A stretch of DNA of 64,000 bases, from contig ONJB01000006.1 of NCBI GenBank assembly GCA_900318015.1, forward strand, positions 9,658 through 73,657, in the 5' to 3' direction. The notes beneath the pieces were generated by a model. That model did no database searches. It had not been told where the DNA came from and saw only the letters and a list, made by a program, of their open reading frames with translations. This document shows positions 61,576 to 64,000 of the stretch, in pieces (position 1 is the stretch's first letter; each line of letters opens with the position of its first letter). The DNA comes from an uncultured Bacteroidales bacterium (GTDB lineage Bacteria > Bacteroidota > Bacteroidia > Bacteroidales > UBA932). Made by a program: the position numbers and the translations under genes.

Positions 61576-64000
61576 CTAGTTGAAGAAGTACTTCAGGCCG
61601 AGCAGGACCTGCCAGCACTCGGCGGTATTCTTGAAGAAGTTCGTGTAGGTCTTGGTCGGATAGTTGCCATCCACCTTGTTGAAGGAGAACTGCGGAACGC
61701 CGCTGCCGTTCAGGCCTTCATACTTGAGCGGGCTGATGGAGTTGGCGCTCGGATAGCTGTCACCGGACTGGCTGTAGGCGAACTGGCGGACACCCCACTT
61801 GCTGTTGATCATGTTGCCGATATTGTCGATGGAGGCGCTGATCTGGAGCTTGTGGTTGGTGGAACCGATGTGGAACTTGATATCCTTCGCCAGGCGGAGG
61901 TCGAAGCGGTGCACGAACGGGGCGCGGGCTGCGTTGGACTCGGCATACTCACCCTTGTGCTTGGACAGATAGTTGTCCTGCTCGACGAACTTCCAGAAAG
62001 CGTCGCGGTCGGCCTCGGTCGTGAAAGCGACCTCGTCCTTGGTGGCAGGAATGTAGATCAGGTCGTAGGAAAGGCCGTCACCATTCATGTCGTTGCTGTA
62101 AGTGAAGCTGTTGCCCGCCGGGGAATAACCCGTATAGTAGAGGTCCACCTGCAGGCCGCCGATGAGGTCGATGTAGTAGGAGAGGTTCGCGGAGACCTTG
62201 TCCGGAGTGACATACTGGCTGCGTTCCAGCACGGCGAAGTTCGGACCGTTCACGGAGTAGAGACCCTGGTAGGCGGAGCTGGCGGCGGAACCCGGCATGC
62301 CGGAGATTTCCTTGGCCTCGGTGTGGGTGTAGGAGAACATCGCCTTGAGGTTGCGGATGGGCTCGGCCTTCACGGTGTAGTTGAAGGTGTAACCCCAACC
62401 CTGACGGGAATTGGTCAGGACATAGGCGTTGTTGGTACCGTACAGATAGTCGCCTTCATACTTCAGGCGGTTGTCCGGACCGGAGAAACGGCTGGTGACC
62501 TTGCTCTCGTTGATGTTCCAGTTCACGAGGCGGGTGCCCCAGATGGTCTTGTTGAACATGCCTTCCGCGGTCATGGAGAACGGGAAGGAGGTCGGGAGCT
62601 GCAGGTCGAGGGCGAGGGAGCTCTTCCAGATCTGCGGCATGTGGAAGTCGGGATCGACGGCGTTGATGTCGGCGCTCTTGCCGATCTGGCCATCCTGAGG
62701 GGTGACGGTGGTGTTCAGACCCAGGGCCTTGATGTACTCCTCGTTATTGGTGATCAGGTGACCACCGGTCTCCTTGCCGCCGTTCAGGGTGATCAGCGCG
62801 GCCTTGACATCGTCCGGATACTTGATTCCGGTGATCTTGCCATCGGCATCCTTGGCGAAGGAAGAGGTGTACTTGGCGGTAGTCTGGATCATACCCGCAT
62901 TCTGAGGCATGTTCGTGAAGAACACGAGAGGGAGACGGCCCTGGAACAGGCCGGTACCGCCGCGGACGACGATGCTCTTGTCACCATAGACATCCCAGTT
63001 GAAGCCCACGCGCGGGGAAATCTGGACGCGGGTCTTGGGCCACACGCCGGTATCGATGCTCTTGCCGCCGAAGCTGATGGCCTTGATGGCGTTGTTGGTC
63101 ATCAGGTCCTTGTTGTCGAAGGCGAGCATGTCGGCACGGAGGCCGTAGGAGAGCTTGAAGTTGCGGGAGAGCTTCCATTCATCCTGCACATAGGCGCCGT
63201 ACTGGTCGTAGTTGATTCGGCCGGCCGGGTTGGAGACACCGTTGTTACCGTAGGTGTAGACGAAGCTCAGGGGCAGGTTACCCTTGAGGAAGTCCTCGGC
63301 GCTGGCGAAGCGGTAGTAACCGGTACCGTTACGCATGTAGGAGTTGTGAGCCATCTGGTGCTCGTAGGTGGCGCCAGCGGTAAGGGTGTGGGAACCCAGG
63401 TAGAAGGTCAGGTTGTCCTGCACGTTGAGAACCGTGTTCTTCACACCGTTGTTGTAGGTGAAGAGCTCGTAACCGAGAGAGGTATACGGGATGAAGTTAC
63501 CGGTGCTGTAGTCGCCGTCGGTCATGATGTCGATGTGCGGGAACGGGCTGGACTTGGAACCGCGCTGGTCGTTGATGTTGGTGTAGGTCGCAATGAAGCG
63601 GTTGGAAACCGTGTTGGAGAAACGGCTGTTGAGCTCGCCGGCGATGGACCAGACATCATTCTGCTGGCTGTACATGTTGTTGGAGAACGGCTGGGACTCC
63701 TTGCTGGCACGGTTGAAACCCTTGTTGCGATAGCTGTCATCGCAGGAGTTGCCGTTCGGAGCATACCAGTAGCCATTCGTCGTGTTGTTGTAGCGGAGGC
63801 TGAGCTTGTGGGCATCGGAGATGTTCCAGTCGATACGGGCCAGGAGCTTGCGGTTCTGCGTACCGCCGGGATAGCTGTCGAGGGAACCCGGATCGTAGCC
63901 GTATTCGTTCTTGAGCTTGTCAGCGATCTGGTTGAGGACACCGGTCTTCGAGGCATCGGCACGGACCTGGATCTTCTCTTCCGGCTTTTTCTGCATTTCG
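61576..64000 (-). CDS. TonB-dependent receptor, paralog of 58168-61452; 5' part outside the window
   Basis: Frame is open at the window edge; shared motifs LLARIDWNIS, ELFTY, QDEW, RGGTGLF.GRxPLVFFTNMP, MPQxWKSSLA and terminal KYFFN. Confidence 0.9.
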   Translation of the reverse strand, partial: EMQKKPEEKIQVRADASKTGVLNQIADKLKNEYGYDPGSLDSYPGGTQNRKLLARIDWNISDAHKLSLRYNNTTNGYWYAPNGNSCDDSYRNKGFNRASKESQPFSNNMYSQQNDVWSIAGELNSRFSNTVSNRFIATYTNINDQRGSKSSPFPHIDIMTDGDYSTGNFIPYTSLGYELFTYNNGVKNTVLNVQDNLTFYLGSHTLTAGATYEHQMAHNSYMRNGTGYYRFASAEDFLKGNLPLSFVYTYGNNGVSNPAGRINYDQYGAYVQDEWKLSRNFKLSYGLRADMLAFDNKDLMTNNAIKAISFGGKSIDTGVWPKTRVQISPRVGFNWDVYGDKSIVVRGGTGLFQGRLPLVFFTNMPQNAGMIQTTAKYTSSFAKDADGKITGIKYPDDVKAALITLNGGKETGGHLITNNEEYIKALGLNTTVTPQDGQIGKSADINAVDPDFHMPQIWKSSLALDLQLPTSFPFSMTAEGMFNKTIWGTRLVNWNINESKVTSRFSGPDNRLKYEGDYLYGTNNAYVLTNSRQGWGYTFNYTVKAEPIRNLKAMFSYTHTEAKEISGMPGSAASSAYQGLYSVNGPNFAVLERSQYVTPDKVSANLSYYIDLIGGLQVDLYYTGYSPAGNSFTYSNDMNGDGLSYDLIYIPATKDEVAFTTEADRDAFWKFVEQDNYLSKHKGEYAESNAARAPFVHRFDLRLAKDIKFHIGSTNHKLQISASIDNIGNMINSKWGVRQFAYSQSGDSYPSANSISPLKYEGLNGSGVPQFSFNKVDGNYPTKTYTNFFKNTAECWQVLLGLKYFFN

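Noticed and set aside
1-64000. tRNA, rRNA or riboswitch
   Set aside because: Intergenic gaps are short (the largest about 230 bp) and explained by promoters or terminators. No cloverleaf or known aptamer was recognised by eye; an Infernal/Rfam scan would be needed to exclude them.

Overview
A 64-kb, high-GC, gene-dense window from a Bacteroidota (Bacteroidales-like) chromosome. The taxonomy is inferred from SusC/SusD genes, TAnnTTTG -7 promoter boxes, AT-rich translation initiation regions without Shine-Dalgarno motifs, and Gln directly after many signal-peptide cleavage sites. Five blocks are visible. (1) 1-15.7 kb: a minus-strand SusC/SusD locus with a divergent SusR-like regulator. In the visible part, its enzymes are histidine phosphatases, phosphodiester-glycosidase (NAGPA-like) domains and an SGNH esterase rather than classical glycoside hydrolases. 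One of them, a phosphatase-NAGPA fusion running off the left edge, is missing from the ORF track. (2) 15.7-24.2 kb: housekeeping genes (S41 protease, rdgB, recO, rnr) and a 1076-aa single-chain Fe-S/flavo-oxidoreductase whose domain order matches the archaeal pdhAFXB proline dehydrogenase subunits. (3) 24.3-44.3 kb: an alpha-mannan/N-glycan catabolic cluster (GH3, GH2, 3x GH92, GH125, GH130, ROK kinase, manA). (4) 32.0-33.4 kb: a two-gene cassette interrupting that cluster, made of a C-terminally truncated Rnl2-type RNA ligase and a divergent putative DNA-binding protein, with two perfect palindromes sharing the core TGCAAGGCTTGCA between them. (5) 44.3-64 kb: a minus-strand locus with the composition of an extracellular nucleic-acid utilisation system: three TonB-dependent receptors without SusD, OB-fold repeat lipoproteins, a BACON-tethered NucA-type nuclease, an EEP nuclease/phosphatase, a DUF5689-like lipoprotein and a coupled M3 peptidase. 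No tRNA, rRNA, CRISPR array or transposase was recognised. All family assignments come from motifs recognised by eye; no searches were run.
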